DNA of 64,000 nt from Octopus vulgaris (lineage: Eukaryota), in assembly GCA_951406725.2 (NCBI GenBank), contig OX597823.1:3100001-3164000 (forward strand), written 5' to 3'. Positions within the stretch are counted from its first letter, which is position 1. The number at the start of each line of letters is the position of its first letter. Positions 28,712 through 41,320 of this stretch are shown here, in pieces. Below the pieces are notes generated by a model that did no database searches, was not told the DNA's origin, and worked only from the letters and a program-made list of their open reading frames with translations. Both the position numbers and the translations under genes were made by a program.

Positions 28712-29025
28712 GACGAGTTTATGGAAATGTGTGAAAGGGGGGATTGGGAAGTGAGAATAGTTGGAAAAATCATGAGGGATTTGGAAGAGACGTTTGAAAA
28801 AAGGATGGAGATGGAAGGATTTTGTATAGGAACGGAACAAGGAACATTTGTGTGGGATCAAAGGACAGGTAAGTGATGCTAGCGGATGGGGCCGTTAGCA
28901 TCACTTACATAATATCATTTTCATATTTCATTTTGCCCATATCTATGTAATTGTGATGTTCTATGTCCCCAATGTTTGTAACGTCCCCTCTATGTAGCCC
29001 CTAGTGGGTAATAAAAAATCAGATA
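28712..29025 (+). mobile_element. 5'-truncated LINE 3' end with a strong 3'-UTR hairpin
   Basis: Absent from the paralog at about 39133; contains GTAAGTGATGCTAGCGG/CCGTTAGCATCACTTAC and the tail gtcccctctatgtagccc..gtgggtaataaa, which is shared with other insertions. Confidence 0.6.
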
Positions 29026-29559
29026 TGAATGAACATTCCTTTTTTCAAGAGTTTGCTGTTACACTCATTGCAGTTTCGTGAGATCTGGCTGTTATTTCTA
29101 GCATGTGAATAAGCCTGCTTGCAGTCCAAGGCCGTAGAATCGGGAGGAGGGAAATATGAAATTGGGTGGGTGGGGAGATTGAAACTTTGAAAAGGAACGA
29201 CTTCCGCCCGTCCCCCACCCCCATTTTCTCTCAAATGTTTATTTTTATATTTTTTCTGCCAAAAATCCGTTTTCGGATACGGAGGTTCCGGAAGATTATC
29301 AAAGATCGGCATTGTGACCCCCCCCCCTACTTACCCTAAAACCGCAACCGTAAGTACAGAAATATTTTGTATTTTTCCTCACCTTTATAAAAAAAAATTC
29401 TTAGCGTTTTTGAAATTGTCATCAGAATTATAATCTCCATATTTTACCGCATATTTTGAAAAAAGTCAAGAATGGAAATAGGGGTGGGGGTAATTTAGAA
29501 ATGTCGATTTTTTCCCGTATTTCCCCGTAGCCGAAAAAAAAAATCTAAGGATGGCTTGG

Positions 29560-31869
29560 GGATCGTTTCCTTTTGAACGGTAAATATCAACAATTAGCCC
29601 CTTGTGGGTAATAAAGAAATAGGTAAATATCAACAATTTCTATCGTTATGTATACGTACGGAAAGCGTGTGTATAAAATTATAGAATTATTTTCCATTGC
29701 TTTTTAGTTTTAGCCTTTCGTTTTTTTTTTTCTAAAAAAAATACGATGGCTAAAATTTAGGGTTAGGGTTAGTGACAGGAGGTTGTCTGTTTCAGAGGCG
29801 ATTCATTGGTTAAAATTCGAAAAATTAAACGGTTAATATAGGGCGTTACGTCTATCAGAAAATCAAAAAAAAAATGTGTGTAATAGGTGTAAAACAACTT
29901 CCTATGAACGAATATGAAAAAAAAATTCGCGCACGCGAAAGGGGGGTGGGGGAGAGGCCTCGGAAAATTCACATCGGGAAGTTCCGAAAGCGTCTGAGGG
30001 GGCTGACCCGGGCACCAAAAAAAAAAAGTGTAATATGTGTAAAACAACTTGCTCTAAACGAATATGACAAAAAAATGCGCTCTCGCGAAAGAGGGGTGGG
30101 GGAGAGGCCTCGGAAAATTTATATCGGGAATTTCCGAAAGCATCTGAACCGGGCACAAAAACAAAAACAGCGTAATAGGTGTAAAACAACTTGCTCTAAA
30201 CGACTATCATGAAAAAAATGCGCGCTCGCGAAAGGGGGGTGGGGGAGAGGCTTCGGAAATTTCACATCTTCAGTCCACGGCCTTTAAACTAAGAAAAAAT
30301 AGTGTAATTGGTGTAAAACTACTTGTTCTAAACGAGTATCAAGAACACACACTCACACATGAATCATAAACTCCGTATTTTTGTACATATTTCGCAAAAA
30401 AAAAAATAAAATAAAGAGAAGAAATTCTGGAAAAAGTGAAGAAATGTTGGATCTCATTCCTTGGTTAAAGCTATTTTAAACATTAAATTTATGCTTTTCT
30501 TTGAAATAGTTCAGATATATGCAATTCTTCTCACTTATTAAGATGCATTTATCAGAAAAAAAGAGACAGAAAAAATTATTATTTTGTGTCAATCCTTCCC
30601 TAATTATCCTTTATTAATTAGTTTTGGCGTGTATTTTTTCCCAAATTTATTTTTCACCTTTACAACACTGTTTAGTAAAGCAATTAATTATCTTTATAAT
30701 TTGCATATTTGACTTATTAATCAAAATTCTCTAGATGTAATATATACTAAGTAATGCATCCTTCATTTATGTGTTCCGTTCTGTATTATGCATGCGTGAC
30801 TGTTTGTATGTAAGTGTGTTTAACTGTGCACATGAATGTGAATATTAAAGAACATATTTATTTACTATGATTGTTATTTTCAGAACAAATAAATCTTTTG
30901 GCTGTTATGTTATTGATGTTATTATTATTGCTAGTTAAAGGGTGGTGACTTGGCTGAATATTTTGAGTCTTGTAGTATGTAGTTGTGTTAGTCAATATTC
31001 TGAGTTCAAATCCAACTCATTTCTTTATCATCATTGTCGATGGACCACTCAAAGAGGTATGTATACATTATCATTTTCGTAACATAATTTCTGTAGTATT
31101 TCAAGATGTTTCTGACACGTATTTTGATTCACATGGCGGAGATCCAACATTTCTTCACTTTTTCCAGAATTTCTTCTCTTTATTTATTTATTTTTTTGCG
31201 AAATATGTACAAAAATACGGAGTTTATGATTCATGTGTGAGTGTGTGTTCTTGATACTCGTTTAGAACAAGTAGTTTTACACCAATTACACTATTTTTTC
31301 TTAGTTTAAAGGCCGTGGACTGAAGATGTGAAATTTCCGAAGCCTCTCCCCCACTCCCCTTTCGCGAGCGCGCATTTTTTTCATGATAGTCGTTTAGAGC
31401 AAGTTGTTTTACACATATTACGCTGTTTTTGTTTTTGTGCCCGGTTCAGACGCTTTCGGAAATTCCCGATATAAATTTTCCGAGGCCTCTCCCCCACCCC
31501 TCTTTCGCGAGAGCGCATTTTTTTTGTCATATTCGTTTAGAGCAAGTTGTTTTACACATATTACACTATTTTTTTTTTTTTTGGTGCCCGGGTCAGCCCC
31601 TCAGACGCTTTCGGAACTTCCCGATGTGAATTTTCCGAGGCCTCTCCCTCACCCCCCCCCTTTCGCGTGCGCGAATTTTTTTTTCATATTCGTTCATAGG
31701 AAGTTGTTTTACACCTATTACACACATTTTTTTTTTTGATTTTCTGATAGACGTAACGCCCTATATTAACCAATTAAACTACGTCAAACAAATTATTTTG
31801 ACATATTCTACCAGTATACGAAGTTTTAAAGTGTTTAGTTTACTAGTGCCATTCAAAAGGAAAAGATCC
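29560..31869. mobile_element. GGATC-TIR MITE expanded by nested insertions
   Basis: Ends GGATCGTTTCCTTTTGAACGG / CCATTCAAAAGGAAAAGATCC; TSD TGGCTTGG at 29552-29559 and 31870-31877; empty site with a single TGGCTTGG at about 39460. Confidence 0.9.
29831..31771. mobile_element. Foldback-type DNA transposon with ~620-bp near-perfect TIRs built of ~120-130-bp subrepeats
   Basis: 29831-30453 and about 31138-31771 are reverse complements beginning GGTTAATATAGGGCG; TSD AATTAAAC at 29823-29830 and 31772-31779. Confidence 0.9.
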
Positions 31870-32201
31870 TGGCTTGGGGTGGGGCGGATGTCCTTGCCAA
31901 GGGTTCAGTTTGTTGTAAAAGCATAAATTAACAGAAAGACGGGATCGAGCGAACCCAGAACTCGAATAGGAAAAATGTGTGATTCATTGGGAAGTGGTTG
32001 TCAGTCGTTGCTTGCCCATAATGTCCTTTATTCTCCTTACACTAACTCGGCAATCAAAAAAGATCGCTTTTCTACGTTCAGGAGTGGAACGATCACGTAA
32101 ATAACTAAAATCGCAGATCAATAGAAAATCGAAAATACAATCACGAAAATATAGGTGGTCCTGAAAAGGACCGGTTTTTTTTTTTTTTTTGAGACCATGA
32201 T

Positions 32202-32578
32202 TTACTTGCTGCTGGTGTATTTGGTGACAGCCTTGGTACCTTCAGAGACGGCGTGTTTGGCCAACTCACCAGGGAGAAGCAGACGGACAGCAGTCTGCAC
32301 CTCACGGCTACTGATGGTCGAACGTTTGTTGTAGTGAGCCAAACGGCTGGCTTCAGAAGCGATTCTTTCGAACAAATCGTTGACAAAACTGTTCATGATG
32401 GACATAGCTTTGCTGGAGATGCCAGTGTCGGGGTGGACTTGTTTCATTACTTTGTAGATGTAGATGGAATAACTTTCCTTCCTCTTCTTCTTGCGCTTCT
32501 TGTCTCCGGGGGACGTGAAGCTTTGGCCTTAGAAGCCTTCTTGGCTCCTTTCGAAGCGGTAGCTGGTGCTGGTGGCAT
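32202..32578 (-). pseudogene. H2B: Histone H2B with a 1-nt deletion in a C6 run (pseudogene or sequencing error)
   Basis: 377 nt versus 378; CGT-CCCCC-GGA where other copies have CGT-CCCCCC-GGA; variant stem-loop GGTCCTTTTCAGGACC at 32157-32172. Confidence 0.9.
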
Positions 32579-32846
32579 GATGTCTCATAACGACCATCCG
32601 AACCTCCACTCTATTTATAGTTGTCAACTAGGCTCAGCAGAGGAACATTTTTTCTAAATCCGCGCCCTTCATTTTCATTGGTTAGAATTTGACAAGTGTG
32701 CCACGTGACAAAAGCCCGCTCATTTTTCACCTGCTTAGTGCAAATCTCCGACTGCTGGAGCCCCCTTGGCGGTATTTAAAGGCGAAAGGCGCCTCTTATT
32801 TCATTGGTCTCTCTGTTTCGTTGCAGATTAGTATCAAACTCTGAAA

Positions 32847-33223
32847 ATGTCTGGTCGTGGTAAAGGAGGTAAAGTGAAGGGAAAGAGCAAGACCCGTTCG
32901 TCCCGTGCTGGACTTCAGTTCCCTGTCGGACGTATCCACCGTCTTCTGCGTAAGGAAACTATGCCCAACGTGTTGGTGCCGGAGCCCCAGTCTACCTGGC
33001 TGCTGTGATGGAATATTTGGCTGCCGAAGTGTTGGAATTGGCAGGAAATGCTGCCAGAGACAACAAGAAATCCAGAATTATTCCCCGTCATTTACAGTTG
33101 GCCATCCGTAACGACGAAGAATTGAACAAGCTTTTGTCTGGAGTGACCATCGCCCAGGGTGGTGTTCTTCCCAACATCCAGGCTGTTCTTCTCCCCAAGA
33201 AGACCCAGAAGGCTTCCAAGTAA
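32847..33223 (+). pseudogene. H2A: Histone H2A with a 1-nt deletion in a G3 run (pseudogene or sequencing error)
   Basis: 377 nt versus 378; CGTAAGGAAAC versus CGTAAGGGAAAC; stem-loop at 33258-33273. Confidence 0.9.
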
Positions 33224-36044
33224 GCGCTTTCGGTGATTGTGCTTGGCTTAATCCAACGGCCCTTTTCAGGGCCCACTACATCTTAATTTTAGTCTGCTTA
33301 CCGTTTATTTTATTTGCGATTCGATTCTTAATAGCAAGACATAAAAGCCGTCATTCCGTAGATAAGGTTATGGGTATAGCCGAGTGCCCAAATCATTGTA
33401 TTGTCCCCATCTATGTAAATCCTTATGGATAATAAAGAAATAGATTCTTAACCGTTTTTATCTCTGGACGCCTTCGTTTACTATTGTATTCTGGAGTTCC
33501 TCTAGCTTATTCAATGTTTAGAAGCTAGATTTACAGATTCTCTTTTATTTCCTTAACCGTGGTTTGTAATATCTACACCTGGCTTAGGAGCTGCCCGGCA
33601 GCACAAAGTTTTTAAGCAACTGACCCTGAGTGGGAAGGTCCGTAAGCGGATCTCTCACTTGTTTTGAAGAATTTGTCGGAAAAGGTTACGTAAAGATAGT
33701 CACTGAAAACAATCACAGTAATGAAATCTTTATGTCAAGATTGTGGAATTCTGATCCAAGCACACCATATACCCTTCGATTTTATTTCACGACGCTGGAA
33801 TTCATACGATTTGGCAAAATATTTGGATTTTCTCCGTTTTTTCCATGGACCGATTTTGGAATGCACTTAACCATGGGAGGAGGCTTTTGTTTCTAGCTCA
33901 TCCCACGACTACCTTCATGTTTTTCAGTATTTTTCGCCCCCTGTACACATTCGTGCTATTAAAATTTTCCTTCCCATTGTTTAATTAGAATATTGGAGAG
34001 ACTGGGATTTAGCTTTTTGCTTCAGTTAAAACTGGATGTCCTGATATGAAACTAAGATTTGTGACGAGAACACACTTACGTTGCAATTTATCGGTTTTGA
34101 CAGGCATTTCAGATTTTTTTTCCACGGTATTAATACATTTTCACAAAGATAAATTGGAAAAATGATTTAAGCCCCCTCTCCGGATCGGTTTTGTGGCCAC
34201 TACGCACTTAAACTATAGAAGCCCTTTAGGTGTGGGATTTAAAGGGAGATTTGGCTGCTGTTTCTAGCGTGACCAGCTCCTTCGTTTCTGTCTCGCTGAC
34301 AAGTATTGATATCTTTCAATATTTTTCTCCCCATTTCCACATTATCTGCAAAAACTCATGCTATTAAAAAAAATATTTTGGGGGGAAATTTATGGCTTTT
34401 ATCAACCTAACCGGTCATGGGATGTGCTAGAAACAACAGCCAAATGTCTATTAAATCACTCGCTCTTTCGTCTGAAAATGTATACTTGTTCTCTAATTAT
34501 ATCGAAAAGGTTTCTATGCCCAGTCCGGAGGGGAGAGGTTAAAAAAACAATTTTCGAGAATTTATTTTCTGCTAAAATGATCATTTCCAAGAAACACTGA
34601 AAAACGGAGAAATACCAACTTATGTGTGCTTCCTATCTCTGACGTCCGCCAATTTTTACCCCCACCCCATAAATTCTAGAATTTCCACTCTTTTGGAAAA
34701 TATAAGTCATCGGTTTAAGATACAGACAGTCCGAACCTGCAATTTGTTTAATTTCCAGATGAAAAGCTGTGATTTAAGAGAGATTTAGCCTTTTCTAAAC
34801 ATCCCACATCTTACACGTTTTTCTCTTTTGTCAAACATTGATGTTTTTCAATATTCTTTCCCCAAACATTTGATTCGGACGTAACTGAAATGTTCACCCC
34901 CACCGCTCCAAGCGAGTGTGCCTAAGAAAACGTTTGGGTACTACTTAAAGAACAGTGGTCCCGGTGCGCGCACTCGTGACTAGTCGATCCTACGACTACC
35001 CAGCAAAGTAAATAAAACACAAAAGCACCAAGAATGGACTAGCATGCGCGAGTGCGCGCACCGGGACCGCTTTTCGTAAGTAGTACAAACATTTGCTAAC
35101 AGTAAAGTTTTTAATTTGGAGTCCAAAAGTTTTTTAAAAATTAAAAAGGGAACATAATTGCAGATTCGAACTCCGTATTTTTAAAACGGGATTTAAAAAT
35201 TTCAGTGTACAACACAAAACATTCGCAAAAAGTTTGGACCCTTAATATACTGCTGTGGGTCCCCAATTCATACGATTTTGCTTGCGTGGATCCGAGTCGA
35301 GAAGCAGTCCAGATGCTTTATTAGCAAGTAGCTCTCTGTTCGCACACCCGGAGCCTGCATGTAGCTGTTATCTCTAGCATAAATACTGTCTTGTGCGAAA
35401 CTGAAGTAGCTCCCACCTGTAACCATCAGCTTTTATAATATATTTTTAAGGATTTTAACGAAATGAAGAGTTGAAAGCTCAGCAGTGAAAAAGAATTGCT
35501 ATTCTTCATGCAAATTTGGTAAAATACTTTCTCCAGAGTTCGGAGTCGAACTGGATGTTTTCCAGCTATTTGGAATATTGGAGATCCTGGAGTTGTTAGT
35601 AATTGTAAACAGTTCACGCAATGCTCCAAGATAAAATTGACTAAGTTTAAACATAGTGTATCAAATTATTAATTTCAAATTTTGGCACAAGGCCAGCATT
35701 CGGGCGGAGGGCTAGATGAATCGTTTCGGGTTTCAAGGGAATTTAAACTCGGAACGTAGTCGCTAAGCATTTCGCACGGGCGTGCCTTATAACCCTACCA
35801 TAATCACCGCCTTTTATCAATCCCAGATATTGCGATCTAATGAAGGTACGTCGCACGTAAGGAGACGAGAGGCCCATAGAAAGGGACAATAAACAATTCC
35901 TTGAAAACGAAGCTGAAATTTAAACTAAATCTATTTAAGCATATCAAAGAGGGCGAGGTGGCTTACATTAGGATATGAATGGCCCTGAAAAGGGCCGGGA
36001 TTTGTCGCTAGTGACGACCACGAAGTTGGAAAAACTTGCACAGT

Positions 36045-36452
<408 letters not shown>

Positions 36453-36613
36453 TTACAGATCACGTGATTAAATCAGCGAATTGCAGCAAAGCGTTCAGCA
36501 GCAGCAGCAGCTGTCGTTTGGCGCTTTCTCTTTGTGTTGTGAGAGGATATGTGTCAACATTTTGGCGCTTGTTGTATATAACACTTTAGCGCCCAGATAT
36601 GGAGTGTATATAA

Positions 36614-37066
<453 letters not shown>

Positions 37067-38040
37067 ATTGAAAATAAGCTACTGCTTTAGACCAACGGCC
37101 CTTTTCAGGGCCTCTAAATTTTTTCGTAAAGTTCTACTTAAAACCCTCGTATAAAGGACATCTCTGTTTTGATGGAAATTTTTCCAATTTTTTTCCCCAC
37201 AGCGTACATACATAAATACATACTCTTTTACTTGTTTCAGTCATTTGACTGCGGCCATGCTGGAGCACCGCCTTTAATCGAGCAACTCGACCCCGGGACT
37301 TGTTCTTTTTGTAAGCCCAGTACTTATTCATATGCACTTTTGTTTTATTTTTGTATGTTTGTGTAAGTGGCTAGGGGTTCCTGCTTCATTTTTTTCTGTG
37401 GTAAATTTTATTTCAGTTAAATGATTGCCCATTGAAAAGGCACTAACGAAACGTAAGGCATGATTTGGCTGGCGCGGCTTATGGAATTTGCAACGAAAGG
37501 CACAGGTATAAGAAATGGACCTGAACAAGCCAGGCTATTACCATGCTACTTATTTTCGTGGGAGGGTTACTGCTTCCGTAGCCGAACGGAAGACAGAAAG
37601 ACCGTGAAGTAACGGAACCTGACAGTGAACTATCGCTTCCAGGCCTGTGGTGTTTGAGACTCTTGGAGGATGCTGGGCCACTAACCGCAAAGTTCTTGTC
37701 AAAGTTGGCAGCTCGCCTCACCGGGGTCTCAGGTGATGCCCGTGAGAGTGCTTGGCTTTCATAACGCCTTCGCAAAGGAGACCGATAGAATGTCCTGGGG
37801 GAGTCTATCTGTTCGGCTAAATGCGGTACTTCAGCATGGCCGCAACGAAGATATAATTCTGAATAAGATTTAATATTTCAATTTTTTACAAGATCTGATT
37901 CTTTGACGAGGGACATATTCATACGGCACAGAATGTTTTCACCTCAATATACGGTCAGTGATTGGTTGAAATTGATGAGAAAACAAATATCTTAACTATA
38001 GAATTTTCTCAAGTCCAGTATACGAAGCTTAACATTTTTT

Positions 38041-38426
38041 GGCGATCTTTCGTCTTTAGTAGACCTTTCCGTCGATTTCCGTAAAAAAATTTTTTTTTTT
38101 TATATATGGGCTTGCGGGAACTTTTGAAGTAATATACATACATATACACATACACTGAGTAAAAAATTTCAGTTATCTCTCTCTTTCACACACACTAACA
38201 GAAGCACTTCACTTACACAACATACTGTCTGTCTCCCACACCCCATCAAACACACACACACACATGTACATCAATGCTTGCCATGCACGGTAACTTCAAA
38301 AGAACTTCCCTCGTCATACAATCGCTTTCGCTCTCATTACTTCAAAAGTTCCCGCAAGCCCATATGTAAAAAAAAAAAATTTTTACGGAAATCGACGGAA
38401 AGGTCTACTAGAGACGAAAGATTGCC
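38041..38426. mobile_element. MITE, GGC(A/G)ATC-TIR family (~90-bp TIRs); half copy at about 61186-61499
   Basis: GGCGATCTTTCGTCT..AGTAGACCTTTCCGTCGATTTCCGTAAAA / reverse complement; TSD (C/A)ATTTTTT; empty site at about 27748. Confidence 0.88.
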
Positions 38427-39766
38427 AATTTTTTAGTTACCTGGAAACTGTTAAAAACAGTCGTTCAAACCAACAGCCAAAACTGCGATGACAATGTAGG
38501 AAGTATGTAAATCAATCTACTCACCTTTCTGCAAAGGTTTTCTTTCAGAGTCATTCATGGAAAAAAAGTTGTAATTTCTGCGTTACCTCGATCCCCTCCT
38601 TCCGATTCTACGGCCTTGGACTGCAAGCAGGCTTATTCACATGCTAGAAATAACAGCAAACTCTTGAGAAAAGAAATGTGAAAATAGCAAAAGAATACTG
38701 TGACAAAGTGAAATGAAAATGTTCATTCATGTGTGCAAACACAATAATGCCGTTTGTTTTCCAAAAATCCATGAAACTGCTTCAACATTTCCTCGAATGA
38801 ACATTTTTAATTTCACTTTTGTCATATTACTGCGGTGGCAAGACTTCTTGCCCGTCCCCGACCCCCAAAATACCACTTTTGTTTTGAGAAATACGTACAA
38901 AGAGATTATGATTCTGAATAAGAACAATTGTTTCTACAGCCTTGGACTTCAAGCAGGCTATTCACATGCTAGAAATAACAGCCAAATCTCACAAAACTGC
39001 GATGACAATTCTACTCACCTTTCTGGGTAATTTCCCTCAGTAATATGACAAAGTGAAATTAAAATTCGAGAAAATAATGGGTTTTTTAAAAACAAACGGC
39101 ATTATTACAAGTAAAACGTGTTTGCACACACAATATGAATGAACACTCCTTTTTTTCAAGAGTTTGCTGTTATTTCTAGCATGTGAATAAGCCTGCTTGC
39201 AAGTCCAAGGCCGTAGAATCGGGAGGAGAGGATCGAGGTAACGTAGAAATTGAAATTTTTTCTTCAGAATCCAATTTCTATATTTTCGCAAAAAAAAAAA
39301 AAATATCCAGAAAAAATGAAATTGGGGTGGGTGGGGATGAAAAGGAATTTTGAAAAAAGTTAAGAATAGAAGGAAATAGGGTGGGATAATTTAGAAATGT
39401 CGATTTTTGCCAAAATTTTAGCAGATTCGTATTTCCCGTAGCCGAAAAGAATTTAAGGATGGCTTGGGGTGGGGCGGAAGTCCTTGCCAAGGGTTCCGTT
39501 TGTTGCAAAAGCATAAATTAACAGAAAGACGGGATCGAGCGAACCCAGAACTCGAATAGGAAAAATGTATGATTCATTGGGAAGTGGTTGTCAGTCGTTG
39601 CTTGCCCATAATGTCCTTTATTCTCCTTACCCAAACTCGACTATCAAAAAAGATCGCTTTTCTACGTTCAGGAGTGGAACGATCACGTATACTCGTCGTA
39701 TGTGGTAAATAACTAAAATCGCAGATCAATAGAAAATCGAAAGTTCACAATCACGAAAATATAGGT

Positions 39767-39846
39767 GGTCCTGAAAAGGACCGGTTTTCGAGAGACCATG
39801 ATTTACTTGCTGCTGGTGTATTTGGTGACAGCCTTGGTACCTTCAG
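39767..39846 (-). pseudogene. H2B: H2B 3' fragment ([13 protein letters not shown]) with variant stem-loop
   Basis: 39803-39846 matches the H2B C-terminus; GGTCCTTTTCAGGACC at 39767-39782. Confidence 0.92.
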
Positions 39847-41320
39847 TTGCATTAAACATTTTACCAAATCAATCTATACTTCTCTATTGTATTTCAAGAT
39901 GGTCATTTTTATTTATTTATTTTGCCAAATAAACACACGCACTATATATTTGTTCTTTACTCGTTTATCAATGTTTTTTTTTTCTTCTTTTTAATTTTAA
40001 CTCAATGGTCCGGAAATCTTTCGTCACACATTTGTGACCTCTTCAGCGACTTTTCGCTTTCGTGTGTGCTCTTGCTCCACTTACTCCAATGACAAAGTAC
40101 CTACGTATGTCTGCTGCTCTTAGTTAATTCCACGGAGAAACTCGGAAATATTTTCAGCATCCAAGGATTAAATTAAAAATCCAAAGTTTAAAATAAAATG
40201 GAAAACTGAGAATTAAAGCTAATTAAACTAATGAGCTGAGAGTATAGTAGACGATTTAGAGTCATAATATATATTTTCTAGGTGTGAGGGTTTACACAGC
40301 TGTGTAGTAAAAAGCTTACTTCCCAACTGTGGTTCCAGGTTCAAATGCGGGACAGGCTGGCGTGAGTCCGGGACTTGGTGATTGCAAAGCAAACATTCCC
40401 ATGAAATTAGATTTTATCGTTGTCTCAATAACGGTAGAGGGGAGATAACTCAGGAGTATACACCCCAACGTTTTAATGGCTGACATTCTAGAATATCAAA
40501 AATATTTGCGTCTGCTTTGATAATTTTATGAATTTGAGGCCTTGTCCTGTTCTAAAATATTGGTGGATTTAAACAAGGAATAGATAGCAAAAGCTTTATA
40601 GCAGATTGTAACCATTACAAAAACTGCAGTAATGATGTCTTTCTTCCAGTTGGTTGTGAATCTTCCGCTAGTCCTAGTCAAAGCGGATCGAGCAGACACA
40701 TGGTCAAGTGTTTTGTCCACCCAGTCTTTTCATGGCCATTTAAGGATATATTTTATTATATTTAATCCTTTCCTTTTCATAACGGGAGAATGTGGTTGAT
40801 TTGGCTGTTCTCAGCAGGCCGAGAGGCCACACACAGATCATCCCTCCAATCACCAACTATAATCATTTCGGATGATGTCTCGCAATCTGTTGCTCTACCA
40901 TTTTCATTTCTTCCCAAGAGATTAATTCAGAAGAAACACTACCCATTATTTCTAAAATCGTCTCTCATTTACAAAATCGTGATTATGCCAACACTAAAAA
41001 TATTTCTTCGCATCGCACTTCTGAATGTAATATTTAACTTGGAGTTTATCGCTAATATGATGTAGATTCAGAAAGAGTTCCCAGGTTTCCTTATCTTTGT
41101 GCGCAATTTTCCAAGTCTAGTGGGGTTTTTTCTGTTCGAATATGGATTAGGGTTTACTTCAATATTAGATCTTCATTATTGCGTTGAAGCGCTGTCATTG
41201 ATATCAGCAAAGCATTTAACTGTCAACTTTTCTCGTATATAAACTTCGTTCAACTCTGCCCTCAGTAATATTGCCCATTTGCCCTGCCTCTTCTACACTA
41301 ATGACCTGTTTTTAATGATT
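39843..41320 (-). repeat. Inverted duplication of about 50298-51735
   Basis: Reverse-complement identity, including mirrored ORF-track entries (40526-40720 / 50897-51088; 40790-41065 / 50552-50917). Confidence 0.92.
40007..40050 (-). ncRNA. Minimal hammerhead motif, class 1 (paralog at 51529-51572 on +)
   Basis: TCG-CTGAAGA-G-GTCACA-aatg-TGTGAC-GAAA-gatt-TC-CGG; the downstream tagtgcgtgtgttt..ggc..aaaatgacc is shared with the 10.4-kb copy. Confidence 0.7.

Larger units (their letters stand above)
37774..39846 (+). repeat. Direct duplication of about 27333-32265, lacking the nested insertions
   Basis: Shared blocks gagaccgatagaatgtcctgggg, 28136-28712 versus 38567-39135, and 31870-32245 versus 39460-39846. 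Confidence 0.88.

Noticed and set aside
27513-29772. TTAGGG doublets (also at about 45716 and 58309)
   Set aside because: Only 2-3 units, at least two of them inside MITEs; not an interstitial telomere.
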